Shown here: piece by piece, positions 9,572-17,849 of the stretch
Position numbering within the stretch: position 1 is the stretch's first letter
How the letters are laid out: each line of letters opens with the position of its first letter
Origin: an uncultured Ferrovum sp.
GTDB lineage: Bacteria > Pseudomonadota > Gammaproteobacteria > Burkholderiales > Ferrovaceae
DNA: 24,000 bases
Assembly: GCA_903893215.1 (NCBI GenBank)
Contig: CAITLJ010000035.1
Span: 46,283-70,282, forward strand
Direction: 5' to 3'
Program-made: the position numbers and the translations under genes
Notes under the pieces: model-generated
What the model saw: only the letters and a program-made list of their open reading frames with translations
The model's database searches: none
Told to the model about the DNA's origin: nothing

Positions 9572-10729
9572 ATGACTGCTGCCACCGACCCCACCTTCGA
9601 TCTGGCCTGCGCGCTGCTGTGCCGGCCTTCCGTCACGCCGGATGATGCCGGTTGCCAGGCCCTGCTGGCCGAGCGCCTGGCTGCGCTGGGTTTTGTGGCC
9701 GAAACCCTGCATGCCGGTGGTGTCGACAACCTGTGGCTGCGGCGCGGCAACCAGTCGCCCCTGCTGGTGTTCGCCGGCCATACCGACGTGGTGCCCACCG
9801 GTCCGGTCGATGCGTGGCACAGCCCGCCCTTCACGCCCACGGTGCGCGACGGCATGCTGTTCGGACGCGGCGCGGCCGACATGAAATCCTCGTTGGCAGC
9901 CTTTGTGGTGGCAATCGAACAGGTGCTGACAGAACACCCCGGCCTGCCCGGCTCGATCGCCCTGCTGCTGACCTCTGACGAGGAGGGACCGGCGCGCGAC
10001 GGTACCGTGCGGGTGATCGAACGACTGCAGGCACGTCAGGAAACGATTGATTACTGTCTGGTCGGCGAACCGACCTGCGTCGACGTGCTGGGTGACACCA
10101 TCAAAAACGGTCGGCGCGGTTCGCTCAGTGGTCGCCTTCAGGTGATCGGCATTCAGGGTCACGTGGCTTATCCGCATCTGGCGCGCAATCCGGTGCACCA
10201 ACTCGCCCCGGCCCTGGCTGAACTGGCCGCCATGCAGTGGGATACCGGCAGCGCAGACTTTCCGGCCACCACGTTTCAGGTCTCGAACATCCGCGGTGGT
10301 ACGGGCGCCGGCAACGTGATCCCCGGTTCGGTGGAACTGCTGTTCAATTTCCGGTATTCCACGGCCAGTCCGGCCGATGCCTTGCGCGCGCGTACCGAAG
10401 ACGTGCTGGCCCGTCACGGCCTGCAATATGAACTGGTCTGGGACCATGGCGCGCAGCCCTTCCTGACGCCACGCGGACCGCTGGTGGAGGCGCTCAGCGC
10501 CAGCATTGCGGCCGAAACCGGGGTGATTGCCGAGGTCTCGACGACTGGCGGCACATCGGACGGGCGTTTCATTGCGCGCTGGTGCCGTCAGGTGGTGGAG
10601 TTCGGACCGATCAACGCCTCGATCCACAAGATCGACGAACATGTGCGGACGGCCGACCTCGCACCGCTCAGCCGGATTTACGCTGGACTGATCCGACGTC
10701 TGCTTGACCCCGCCGGAGACCATCCATGA
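9572..10729 (+). CDS. dapE: Succinyl-diaminopimelate desuccinylase (M20 peptidase, 385 aa)
   Basis: DapE-type N-terminus (..[27 protein letters not shown]..), metal-site motifs [29 protein letters not shown] and VGEPT, and C-terminal GGTSDGRF. Confidence 0.93.
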   Translation: MTAATDPTFDLACALLCRPSVTPDDAGCQALLAERLAALGFVAETLHAGGVDNLWLRRGNQSPLLVFAGHTDVVPTGPVDAWHSPPFTPTVRDGMLFGRGAADMKSSLAAFVVAIEQVLTEHPGLPGSIALLLTSDEEGPARDGTVRVIERLQARQETIDYCLVGEPTCVDVLGDTIKNGRRGSLSGRLQVIGIQGHVAYPHLARNPVHQLAPALAELAAMQWDTGSADFPATTFQVSNIRGGTGAGNVIPGSVELLFNFRYSTASPADALRARTEDVLARHGLQYELVWDHGAQPFLTPRGPLVEALSASIAAETGVIAEVSTTGGTSDGRFIARWCRQVVEFGPINASIHKIDEHVRTADLAPLSRIYAGLIRRLLDPAGDHP

Positions 10730-11676
10730 TGCCCCCCAATCTGCCACTACCAGCGGCCGACCCCGATTACCAAGCGCAGGCCTGGGCCGAGGCGGCCCGG
10801 CATTTGCACAGCGCACGTGACGTAATCCGCTTTGGCATGAGCCGCTTCGCCGGCGCCGACCTGTTCTTCGGCCATGGCTTTCCCGACGCCTTCGAGGAAG
10901 CGCGCTATCTGGTGGCGTGGGCACTGCAGTTGCCGGTGCGTCAGGCCGGGCACTGGCTGGATGCGCGTCTGACCCCGACCGAACTGGCCCGCGCACTGCA
11001 GGTGCTGCAGGTACGCTGCACCTCGCGCGAACCGGCGGCATACCTGACCGGCGAAGCCTGGCTGGGCGAGTTCCGTTTCCGGGTCGACCGACGCACCATC
11101 GTGCCGCGTTCGCTGATTGCCGAGGTGCTGGAAGACGGCGGGCTGCAGCCCTGGCTGGACCTGGAAGACGTCAGCCGTGCGGCCGACATTTGCACCGGCG
11201 GCGGATCACTGGCGGTATTGCTGGCACTGGCGGCCCCCAACGCCGAAGTGGAAGCCGTGGACCTGTCGGCGGACGCCTTGGAGGTGGCAGAGTCGAATGT
11301 GCAGGACTATGGGCTGCAGGACCGCATCGCGCTGTTGCAGGGCGATCTGCTCACACCGCTCACCGGTACCTATCAGCTGTTGCTGAGCAATCCACCCTAT
11401 GTCGACGCGGCGGCGATGGCGGTGTTGCCGGCGGAATACTGCCGCGAGCCAGAAATGTCGCTTGCCAGCGGCCCGGACGGACTGGACCACACCCGGCAGC
11501 TGATCGCCGGCGCCGCCGCGCTGCTCGATGAAGGCGGGGTGCTGCTGGTGGAAGTGGGACACCAACGCGCCGTGCTGGAAATGGCCTACCCGGACCTGCC
11601 CTTCGTGTGGCTGGAGTCGCGTGATGGCGGCACCTACATCTTCCTGCTCCGTCGCCAGGACCTGCCCGGCGCTTGA
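10726..11676 (+). CDS. prmB: 50S ribosomal protein L3 N5-glutamine methyltransferase (316 aa)
   Basis: Start ATG overlaps the dapE stop (ATGA at 10726-10729). SAM-binding [10 protein letters not shown] and substrate motif LLSNPPYV. Also ..[25 protein letters not shown].. and ..[14 protein letters not shown].., which closely parallel E. coli PrmB as I remember it. Confidence 0.9.
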   Translation: MMPPNLPLPAADPDYQAQAWAEAARHLHSARDVIRFGMSRFAGADLFFGHGFPDAFEEARYLVAWALQLPVRQAGHWLDARLTPTELARALQVLQVRCTSREPAAYLTGEAWLGEFRFRVDRRTIVPRSLIAEVLEDGGLQPWLDLEDVSRAADICTGGGSLAVLLALAAPNAEVEAVDLSADALEVAESNVQDYGLQDRIALLQGDLLTPLTGTYQLLLSNPPYVDAAAMAVLPAEYCREPEMSLASGPDGLDHTRQLIAGAAALLDEGGVLLVEVGHQRAVLEMAYPDLPFVWLESRDGGTYIFLLRRQDLPGA

Positions 11677-11693
11677 AGCCGACAGACTGACGG

Positions 11694-11717
11694 CGGGCGG
11701 CCCAGCCCGGCCGCCTG
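11694..11717. terminator. GC-rich hairpin in the 62-bp prmB/rluB convergent gap (possible bidirectional terminator, no U-tract)
   Basis: GGCGGCC (11696-11702) pairs with GGCCGCC (11709-11715) around a 6-nt loop, and G.U plus C-G pairs extend it to 11694/11717. No T-run follows on either strand, so function is uncertain. Confidence 0.3.
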
Positions 11718-11730
11718 ACTGACTGACTGA
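11715..11730 (+). repeat. (CTGA)x4 tetranucleotide repeat
   Basis: Direct read: cCTGACTGACTGACTGAc. It places TGA in all three + frames (11716, 11720, 11724, 11728). The complement (TCAG)n contains no stop codon. Confidence 0.95.
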
Positions 11731-11738
11731 CGCGCGCC

Positions 11739-12692
11739 TCAGCCGCGCGGCCGACCGCGCGACGCGCCGCCGGTCGGGCGACCACTGGCGGCCTTGCTGC
11801 GCACCGGCCCGCGGGCACGCACCGGCTCCACCTGCGGCGCCATCGCAGCCCCCTCGGCCGCAGCAGCGCGGCCGGCGGCGGGCTTGCGTGCATCGCCTGA
11901 CGGCCGCGGCGGAGTGCGACGTTTGCGCTCCGGGGCATCGCGCATCCCCGCCCAGATCAGCACCTTGTTGATTTCCTCGCCCTTCAGCTCGATCACCTGG
12001 CCACGCTTGAGCCGCGGCGGTAAGCCGATCACGCCAAAACGGACGCGCATCAAGCGGCTGACCATCACCCCCATGGCGGCAAACATGCGCCGCACCTCAC
12101 GGTTACGTCCTTCGCGCAGCACCACCTGATACCAGTGGTTGGCACCTTCGCCGCCGCGATCTTCGATCCGTTCGAACCAGGCCGGACCGTCGTCCAGCAG
12201 GATTTCGCGGGTGGCCTGGTTCATCTGGTCATGGGTAAGCTCGCCCATCGCGCGGACGGCATATTCGCGCTCCACCTCAAATCGCGGATGCGCAAGCCGG
12301 TTGGCCAGTTCACCGCTGGTGGTGAACACCAGCAAGCCGCTGGTGTTGAAGTCCAGCCGACCGATCGCAATCCAGCGCGCACCGCGCACCTTGGGCAGGC
12401 TGTGGAAGACGCTGGGGCGGTCTTCCGGATCATCCCGGCTGACGATCTCGCCCTCGGGCTTGTGGTAAAGCAGCACGCGCACGTCCTCGCCCTGTTCGCG
12501 CAGCTCCTGCACGCGCAAATGGCGCTCGCCGGCCTGCACGCGGTCACCGGGCACTACCCGCGTGCCGGGTTCAGCCACCAGCCCGTTGACGGTAACCGCA
12601 CCGGAAGCCACCAGGGCGTCCATGTCGCGACGCGACCCGAGTCCTGCGTCAGCCAGATATTTTTGCAGGCGGATGCCTTCAGTCTTGTCCAT
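11739..12692 (-). CDS. rluB: 23S rRNA pseudouridine(2605) synthase RluB (317 aa)
   Basis: S4 domain [31 protein letters not shown], catalytic motif [14 protein letters not shown], and a basic Arg/Gly/Ala/Pro-rich C-terminal tail typical of RluB. Start ATG 12692 (MDKTEG) has AAGGAA 5 nt upstream. The track's start at 12956 would read through the scpB coding region. Confidence 0.9.
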   Translation of the reverse strand: MDKTEGIRLQKYLADAGLGSRRDMDALVASGAVTVNGLVAEPGTRVVPGDRVQAGERHLRVQELREQGEDVRVLLYHKPEGEIVSRDDPEDRPSVFHSLPKVRGARWIAIGRLDFNTSGLLVFTTSGELANRLAHPRFEVEREYAVRAMGELTHDQMNQATREILLDDGPAWFERIEDRGGEGANHWYQVVLREGRNREVRRMFAAMGVMVSRLMRVRFGVIGLPPRLKRGQVIELKGEEINKVLIWAGMRDAPERKRRTPPRPSGDARKPAAGRAAAAEGAAMAPQVEPVRARGPVRSKAASGRPTGGASRGRPRG

Positions 12693-13491
12693 GTGTTCCT
12701 TCAGGCAATGAATCGGGAGTGACCGCTGCTTCCGGCGGCCTGGCGGAGTCCTGACGCGCGTCCTGGTCCTGCCCCTGCTGCGTCGGCGACAACGCTGCGG
12801 ATGACGGCTCTGGCACCCCCGCCGCCGCCTCCATTGCACCGAGGGTGTCTTCGAGGATCGGCAGCGAGGCAGGATCGGACTCCAGCTCGGCGAGCGGCGG
12901 CAGTTCCTGCAGCGAGCGAAGCCCCAGATCATCCAGCATACGCCGGGTGGTGCCAAACAGCTCGGGACGCCCCGGCACCTCGCGCTGACCGATCACGTCG
13001 ATCCAGCCGCGCGCTTCCAGTGCGCGCAGTACCTGGCTCGACACGGCCACACCACGGATTTCCTCAATATCGCCACGCGTCACGGGCTGCCGATACGCAA
13101 TGATGGCCAGGGTTTCCATCACGGCGCGCGAATAACGCGGCGGTCGCTCCGGATTCAGTCGCGCCATGCGACCCTGGACATCCGGGCGGGTCTGAAAGCG
13201 CCAGCCAGTGGATACCTGCACCAGGATCAGGCCACGATCGCGCCAGTCATCGCGCAGTTCTTCCAGCAGACGGCGCAGCAGATCGGCGGGCAGATCTTCG
13301 TCGAACAGCTTGCGCAACTGGCTCGCGCTGAGCGGCTCGCCGCTGGCCAGCAGGCTGGCTTCGAGCAGGCGCTTGGCCTGCGCCGGGTCGACGGCGGATG
13401 CCTCCGGCAACGGAACGGCGACAGCAAGATCGCGGGCTTCTGGCGGCTGTTCCGGCGGCTGTTCCGGCGAGTGTTCTGGCTGGTGGCTCAT
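12679..13491 (-). CDS. scpB: Segregation and condensation protein B (270 aa)
   Basis: [22 protein letters not shown] and winged-helix segment [32 protein letters not shown], with an acidic/Pro-rich C-terminal tail. The start ATG overlaps the scpA stop (ATGA at 13488-13491). Confidence 0.9.
   Translation of the reverse strand: MSHQPEHSPEQPPEQPPEARDLAVAVPLPEASAVDPAQAKRLLEASLLASGEPLSASQLRKLFDEDLPADLLRRLLEELRDDWRDRGLILVQVSTGWRFQTRPDVQGRMARLNPERPPRYSRAVMETLAIIAYRQPVTRGDIEEIRGVAVSSQVLRALEARGWIDVIGQREVPGRPELFGTTRRMLDDLGLRSLQELPPLAELESDPASLPILEDTLGAMEAAAGVPEPSSAALSPTQQGQDQDARQDSARPPEAAVTPDSLPEGTHGQD
13442..13477 (-). repeat. In-frame 12-bp tandem repeat, 2 perfect copies plus 1 degenerate, in the scpB 5' end
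   Basis: + strand GGCGGCTGTTCC (13442-13453), GGCGGCTGTTCC (13454-13465), GGCGAGTGTTCT (13466-13477). Encodes the ..[12 protein letters not shown].. stretch of the ScpB N-terminus. Confidence 0.9.
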
Positions 13492-14339
13492 GGTTCTTCC
13501 GCAGCCTCAAGGGTGGGCTCCTCGCGCCCCCCCAGCCGCACGTAGATGGGTGAAAAATTCTGCTCCTGCATCAGCTGCACCAGACCTTCCTTGACCAGCT
13601 CAAGCAGAGCCACAAAATGCACCACCACGATCGGCACGCTCGCCCCGACGTCGAACAGGTCGTGAAAGGTGAGGAACTGGTCGGGGTGGTCGCCCAGCCG
13701 GCGCAGGATGCGGGTCATGTGCTCGCGCACCGACAACTCCTGGCGGGCAATCCGGTGGTGACGGTTCATCCGCGCACGGGCCAGCACGGCGTACCACGCA
13801 TCCCGCAACTCGTCCGGCGCGACTTGCGGTAAACGCGGCGAGAGGTCCTCGATCAGTTCGGCTGCGGCCGGCAGGAAGTCGCGCCCCACCCGCGGCAGGC
13901 TGTCGAGGGCGCGAGCAGCCAGCTTGATCCGTTCGTACTCCAGCAAGCGGCGCATCAGTTCAGCGCGCGGATCCGCCCCCTCCTCGTCCACCACATTGGG
14001 CGGGCGCGGTAGCAGCATGCGCGACTTGATCTCGATCAGCACGGCCGCCATCACCAGGTACTCGGCCGCCAGTTCAAGCCGGGTGGTCTGCATCGCGTCG
14101 ATGTAGGCCACGTACTGAAGGGTGAGCTCGGCCATCGGAATGTCGAGGATGTCGAGCGAGTTTTTGCGGATCAGGTACAGCAAGAGGTCAAGGGGCCCCT
14201 CAAAGCTCTCGAGGAAGACCTCCAGCGCCTCTGGCGGGATGTAGAGGTCCTGCGGCAACTCGCGCAGAGGTTCGCCGCGCACCCGCGCCTGGCGCGGCAG
14301 CGCGGCTGCGTCCTCCAGTACGGCGGCCTCGTCGGTCAC
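13488..14339 (-). CDS. scpA: Segregation and condensation protein A (kleisin), 283 aa with proposed GTG start
   Basis: [53 protein letters not shown] is the conserved ScpA N-terminal region. Proposed start GTG 14339-14337 overlaps the trpS stop (GTGA). The track's ATG at 14411 would overlap trpS by 76 nt and add a Cys/His/Ala/Arg-rich extension. Confidence 0.88.
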   Translation of the reverse strand: MTDEAAVLEDAAALPRQARVRGEPLRELPQDLYIPPEALEVFLESFEGPLDLLLYLIRKNSLDILDIPMAELTLQYVAYIDAMQTTRLELAAEYLVMAAVLIEIKSRMLLPRPPNVVDEEGADPRAELMRRLLEYERIKLAARALDSLPRVGRDFLPAAAELIEDLSPRLPQVAPDELRDAWYAVLARARMNRHHRIARQELSVREHMTRILRRLGDHPDQFLTFHDLFDVGASVPIVVVHFVALLELVKEGLVQLMQEQNFSPIYVRLGGREEPTLEAAEEP

Positions 14340-15538
14340 GAGTAGTTCAGCCCCATGGCATCGCGCACATCGCGCATGGTGTCCTGCGCCAGCTTGCGCG
14401 CACGCTCGCAACCATCCGCCAGCACATTGCGCACCGCGGTGGGATCTTCCTGCAATGCCAGCGCACGCTCGCGCACCGGGGCCAGCTCGGCCTGCATGCG
14501 ATCGATCACTGGCTGCTTGCAGTCCAGGCAGCCGATGCCGGCCGTGGTGCAGCCCTCGCGCACCCAGCGCCGGGTATCGTCGCTGCTGTAGATTTCATGC
14601 AAGGACCAGACCGGGCATTTGCCCGGGTCGCCCGGATCGGTGCGGCGGATGCGTGCCGGGTCGGTGGGCATGGTACGCACCTTGCGGGTGATCGACTCGG
14701 GGTCCTCGCGCAGGGCGATGGTGTTGCCGTATGACTTCGACATCTTCTGCCCGTCCAGACCAAGCAGCTTCGACGCCTGGGTCAGGCGCGCCTGCGGTTC
14801 GGTGAGGATCATCTTGCCGCTGCCTTCCAGGTAACCAAACACCCGCTCGCGGTCCGCCACGGTAAGGTTCTGGCTGTCTGCCAGCAAAGCGCGCGCAGCC
14901 TCCAGGGCTTCGTCATCCCCCTGCTCGTTGTAACGGGTACGCAGTTCCAGATACAGGCGTGATTTCTTGTTGCCGAGACGACGCACCGCAAGCAGGGCCT
15001 TCTCTTCAAAGCCAGGCTCGCGACCGTAAAGGTGGTTGAAGCGGCGCGCAATTTCGCGGGTGATCTCGATATGGGGCACCTGATCCTCTCCCACCGGCAC
15101 CTGGTTGGCGCGATAGATCAGGATGTCGGCGGCTTGCAGCAGTGGGTAGCCCAGAAAGCCATAGGTGGAAAGGTCGCGGTCCGACAGCTTTTCCTGCTGG
15201 TCCTTGTAGCTTGGCATGCGCTCCAGCCAGCCCAGCGGCGTCATCATCGACAGCAGCAGGTGCAGCTCTGCGTGCTCGGGCACGCGCGACTGGATGAACA
15301 GGGTGGCCTGGTTGGGGTCGACGCCCACCGCCAGCCAATCGATCACCATGTCCCAGATACTGGCCTCGATCACCGCAGGATCATTGTAATGCGTGGTCAG
15401 GGCGTGCCAGTCGGCCACCATGAACAGGCACTCGTGCTCGTGCTGGAGCTGGATCCAGTTCTTCAGCACGCCGTAGTGATGGCCAAGGTGCAGGGCACCG
15501 GTCGGGCGCATGCCGGAGAGGACGCGGTCGGGATACAT
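14336..15538 (-). CDS. trpS: Tryptophan--tRNA ligase, long form with C-terminal Cys4 motif (400 aa)
   Basis: Class I motifs HLGH (GALHLGHHYG) and KMSKS (GQKMSKSYGN). Start ATG 15538 (MYPDRVLSGMRPTG) has GGAG 11 nt upstream; the track's start at 15616 overlaps the upstream gene. Cys motif C-x21-C-x6-C-x2-C lies at 14519-14617. Confidence 0.95.
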   Translation of the reverse strand: MYPDRVLSGMRPTGALHLGHHYGVLKNWIQLQHEHECLFMVADWHALTTHYNDPAVIEASIWDMVIDWLAVGVDPNQATLFIQSRVPEHAELHLLLSMMTPLGWLERMPSYKDQQEKLSDRDLSTYGFLGYPLLQAADILIYRANQVPVGEDQVPHIEITREIARRFNHLYGREPGFEEKALLAVRRLGNKKSRLYLELRTRYNEQGDDEALEAARALLADSQNLTVADRERVFGYLEGSGKMILTEPQARLTQASKLLGLDGQKMSKSYGNTIALREDPESITRKVRTMPTDPARIRRTDPGDPGKCPVWSLHEIYSSDDTRRWVREGCTTAGIGCLDCKQPVIDRMQAELAPVRERALALQEDPTAVRNVLADGCERARKLAQDTMRDVRDAMGLNYS

Positions 15539-15575
15539 GGTGTTCAGGACTCCAGATAAAGACGGGACAACAGAT

Positions 15576-16250
15576 TCAGACGCCGGCAAGCAGGCTGGCA
15601 ATACGCAAGGCCACATCCGCCATCGGACGCAGCACGATACCTAGCGGCGAGCCCGGTACGATGGCCAGCACCAGCACGATCTGCATGCCGTAAGGTTCCA
15701 GCTGTTCGTACTGGTTGGCAAGGTCGCGCGGCAGCAGGCTGGCCACAATACGACCACCGTCGAGCGGCGGGATTGGCAACAGGTGGAACACCATCAGGAA
15801 CGCATTGATTTCCATGCCGTAGCTGGCCATCTGCTGGAGCACGCCCAACGGCAGGGCAACACCACCGCTGGCATCGGGCAGGAGCAGCAGGCGCAGGATC
15901 AACGCCCACCCGAGCATCATCAGAAAATTGCTGCCCAGAGCGGCGAGGGCCACCGTGCGCAGTGCCTCGCGCGGGTTGCGCACGCCATATGGCTGACGCG
16001 GGGGCTTGGCCCAGCCGATCAGACCCAATGGTGCGTGAGCGATCTGGCTGAACACAAACATGATGAAGGGCACTGCCAGCGTGCCGAGCGGGTCGACAAA
16101 GCGCAGGGGATTCCAGTCCACGCGCAGGCGACGCCCGCCGGGCATGCGCTGCAGGCGAGACCACATCCATTCCTGCGCCACCGGCCGGATGGTGATGGCA
16201 AGGATCAGGGGAACGGCAACTATCAGCAGGTCGAGCAGGATCTGGATCAT
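15576..16250 (-). CDS. Site-2 protease (peptidase M50) family membrane protein with degenerate HExxH motif (224 aa)
   Basis: Polytopic hydrophobic protein that aligns by eye with small bacterial S2P-family proteins: ..NPLRFVDPLGT.., ..GWAKPP..VRNPRE.., ..LLPIPPLDGGRIVASLLP.., ..LEPYG... The position that normally reads ..AIT(L/I)HExxHG.. reads AITIRPVAQE here (CGG CCG GTG GCG CAG, 16187-16173). The start ATG overlaps the yciO stop (ATGA 16247-16250). Confidence 0.8.
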   Translation of the reverse strand: MIQILLDLLIVAVPLILAITIRPVAQEWMWSRLQRMPGGRRLRVDWNPLRFVDPLGTLAVPFIMFVFSQIAHAPLGLIGWAKPPRQPYGVRNPREALRTVALAALGSNFLMMLGWALILRLLLLPDASGGVALPLGVLQQMASYGMEINAFLMVFHLLPIPPLDGGRIVASLLPRDLANQYEQLEPYGMQIVLVLAIVPGSPLGIVLRPMADVALRIASLLAGV

Positions 16251-16879
16251 GGGGTCTCAAAACCAAAAGGTTGCAGGCTGCCGCGTCCGGCACGGATCAG
16301 TTCGGGTTGGTCGCCGGACAGGTCAATCACGGTGGTCATGCCCAGCCCGCAGGCACCGGCATCAATCACCAGATCCACCTGACGGGCCAGACGGTCGCGC
16401 AGTTCCTCGCCGTCATTGAGTGGCGTCTCGTCGCCCGGCAGAAGCAGGGTGGTGCTTACCATCGGCTCGCCGAGTTCTTCCAGCAGGGCGAGCGCCACCG
16501 GGTGGTCGGGCACGCGCAGGCCGATGGTGGCGCGCTTGGGATGCTGCAGGCGCCGTGGCACCTCTTTGGTCGCATTCAGCAGGAAGGTATAACTGCCGGG
16601 CGTATTCGCCTTCAGCAAGCGGTACGTGCTGTTGTCGACCTTGGCAAAGCGGGCGATCTCTGCCAGGTCACGGCACATCAGACTCATCAGGTGACTCTCG
16701 TCCAGCCCGCGGATGCTGCGCATCCGCGTGACCGCATTCTTGTCGTCAAGCTGGCAGCCCAGCGCGTAGCAGGAGTCGGTGGGATATGCCACCACGCCAC
16801 CGCCACGCAGGATATCCGCCGCCTGGCGAATCAGGCGTGCCTGCGGATTCTGTGGGTGCACCAGGAAATATTGCGCCAT
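16247..16879 (-). CDS. yciO: YciO-family (YrdC/Sua5-like) L-threonylcarbamoyladenylate synthase-related protein (210 aa)
   Basis: Near-collinear with E. coli YciO as I recall it: MAQYFLVHPQNPQARLIRQAADILRGGGVVAYPTDSCYALGC.., MCRDLAEI, NTPGSYTFLL..TKEVPRRL, GLRVPDHPVALALLEELGEPM. Confidence 0.9.
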   Translation of the reverse strand: MAQYFLVHPQNPQARLIRQAADILRGGGVVAYPTDSCYALGCQLDDKNAVTRMRSIRGLDESHLMSLMCRDLAEIARFAKVDNSTYRLLKANTPGSYTFLLNATKEVPRRLQHPKRATIGLRVPDHPVALALLEELGEPMVSTTLLLPGDETPLNDGEELRDRLARQVDLVIDAGACGLGMTTVIDLSGDQPELIRAGRGSLQPFGFETP

Positions 16880-16909
16880 TTCAGCGCCTGTCGCAGATCA
16901 TGTGCGCAC

Positions 16910-17743
16910 TCAGCCGAACAGTTGCCAAACCGGCTGGCAGCCAGACGGCAGGGCCTGCATCTGGCCCGGCAGGGTGAAACTTTCGCCGGGCCCGTGGTAA
17001 TCCGAGCCACGCGATGCCAGGAAGCCATAGGCATCTGCCAGCCGGGCGAAGCGTTCGACCTGTTCGCGCGTGTGATTGCCGGTGACCACTTCGATGGCCT
17101 GTCCACCCAACGCCCGGAATTCGTGCAACAGGGCGCGCATGCCTTCACTGCCCACCGTGTAGCGCCCGGGATGCGCCAGCACCGCAACACCGCCCGCAGC
17201 ATGGATCCAGTCAAGCGCATCGTTCAGGCTGGCCCAGCGATGCGGAACATAACCGGGCTTGCCGCGTGCAAGGTACCGTTTAAACACGGCACCCACGTTG
17301 CGGGCCTTGCCCTGCGCCACCAGAAAACGCGCAAAGTGAGTGCGACCGATCATTTCGGACGCACTGGCAAAGGCTTGTGCGCCCTCCAGCGCCCCGCCGA
17401 TACCGGCCTGTGCCAGGCTGTCGGCCATGCGACGCGCCCGCTCCAGCCGACCCAGCCGCAGGCCAGCCAGGCCGTTGCGCAGGGCGGCATGTTGCGGATC
17501 GACGTTGAGGCCGACCACGTGAATGGTCAGCTTGTCCCAGGTCACCGAAACTTCCACCCCTGGAATCAGGCGCAGGCCATGCGCCTGCGCTGCCAGTGTG
17601 GCCTCGCCCAGGCCGGCGAGATCGTCATGATCGGTCAGCGCGAGCACGTCCACTCCGCCGCGCGCAGCGAGTGCCACCATTTCGGTGGGACTGAGCAGGC
17701 CGTCAGAAACGGTGGAGTGACAGTGCAGGTCAACGTTGCGCAT
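16910..17743 (-). CDS. trpH: PHP-domain phosphoesterase TrpH/YciV (RNase AM / 3',5'-bisphosphate nucleotidase family, 277 aa)
   Basis: MRNVDLHCHSTVSDG.., LALTDHDD, ..IHVVGLN.., ..AVLAHPGRY.., ..GSDYHGPG.. PHP metal-binding motifs. It precedes yciO, as in E. coli. Confidence 0.88.
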   Translation of the reverse strand: MRNVDLHCHSTVSDGLLSPTEMVALAARGGVDVLALTDHDDLAGLGEATLAAQAHGLRLIPGVEVSVTWDKLTIHVVGLNVDPQHAALRNGLAGLRLGRLERARRMADSLAQAGIGGALEGAQAFASASEMIGRTHFARFLVAQGKARNVGAVFKRYLARGKPGYVPHRWASLNDALDWIHAAGGVAVLAHPGRYTVGSEGMRALLHEFRALGGQAIEVVTGNHTREQVERFARLADAYGFLASRGSDYHGPGESFTLPGQMQALPSGCQPVWQLFG

Positions 17744-17813
17744 GAACAGGGTGGGAGAGAACCGACTCGGACTGGGACCCGCATTTTAGCAGACCCGTTG
17801 GCCAGACCTCGGT

Positions 17814-17843
17814 TGGACAGCAGGCGCGCACCTGCCCGATAAT
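17814..17843 (+). promoter_or_regulatory. Candidate sigma70-type promoter for yciB unit: TGGACA - 18 nt - GATAAT
   Basis: -35-like TGGACA at 17814-17819 (5/6 to TTGACA) and -10-like GATAAT at 17838-17843 (5/6 to TATAAT). Only 6 nt separate the -10 from ATG 17850. It lies in the 106-bp divergent gap between trpH and yciB. Motif match only. Confidence 0.4.
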
Positions 17844-17849
17844 GCGGGG

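Noticed and set aside
15544-16293. 249-aa minus-strand ORF in a different frame, overlapping the S2P-like gene.
   Set aside because: The product is Pro/Arg/Ala-rich and motif-free. The 15576-16250 frame gives a coherent multi-TM S2P-family protein with ATGA coupling to yciO.
16271-17842. Very long ORFs in the track that lie antisense to confidently identified genes. Examples: 16271-17842 (+, 523 aa), 9557-11041 (-, 494 aa), 21752-23101 (+, 449 aa), 7767-9047 (+, 426 aa), 1446-2600 (+, 384 aa), 20162-21247 (+, 361 aa), 2739-3737 (+, 332 aa), 25-924 (+, 299 aa).
   Set aside because: Stop codons are rare in all frames of GC-rich DNA. These products are Arg/Ala/Gly/Pro/His-rich and lack motifs, and each lies opposite a gene with clear family signatures (trpH/yciO, dapE, purL, PQQ-like, smc, zipA). 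I treat them as shadow ORFs.
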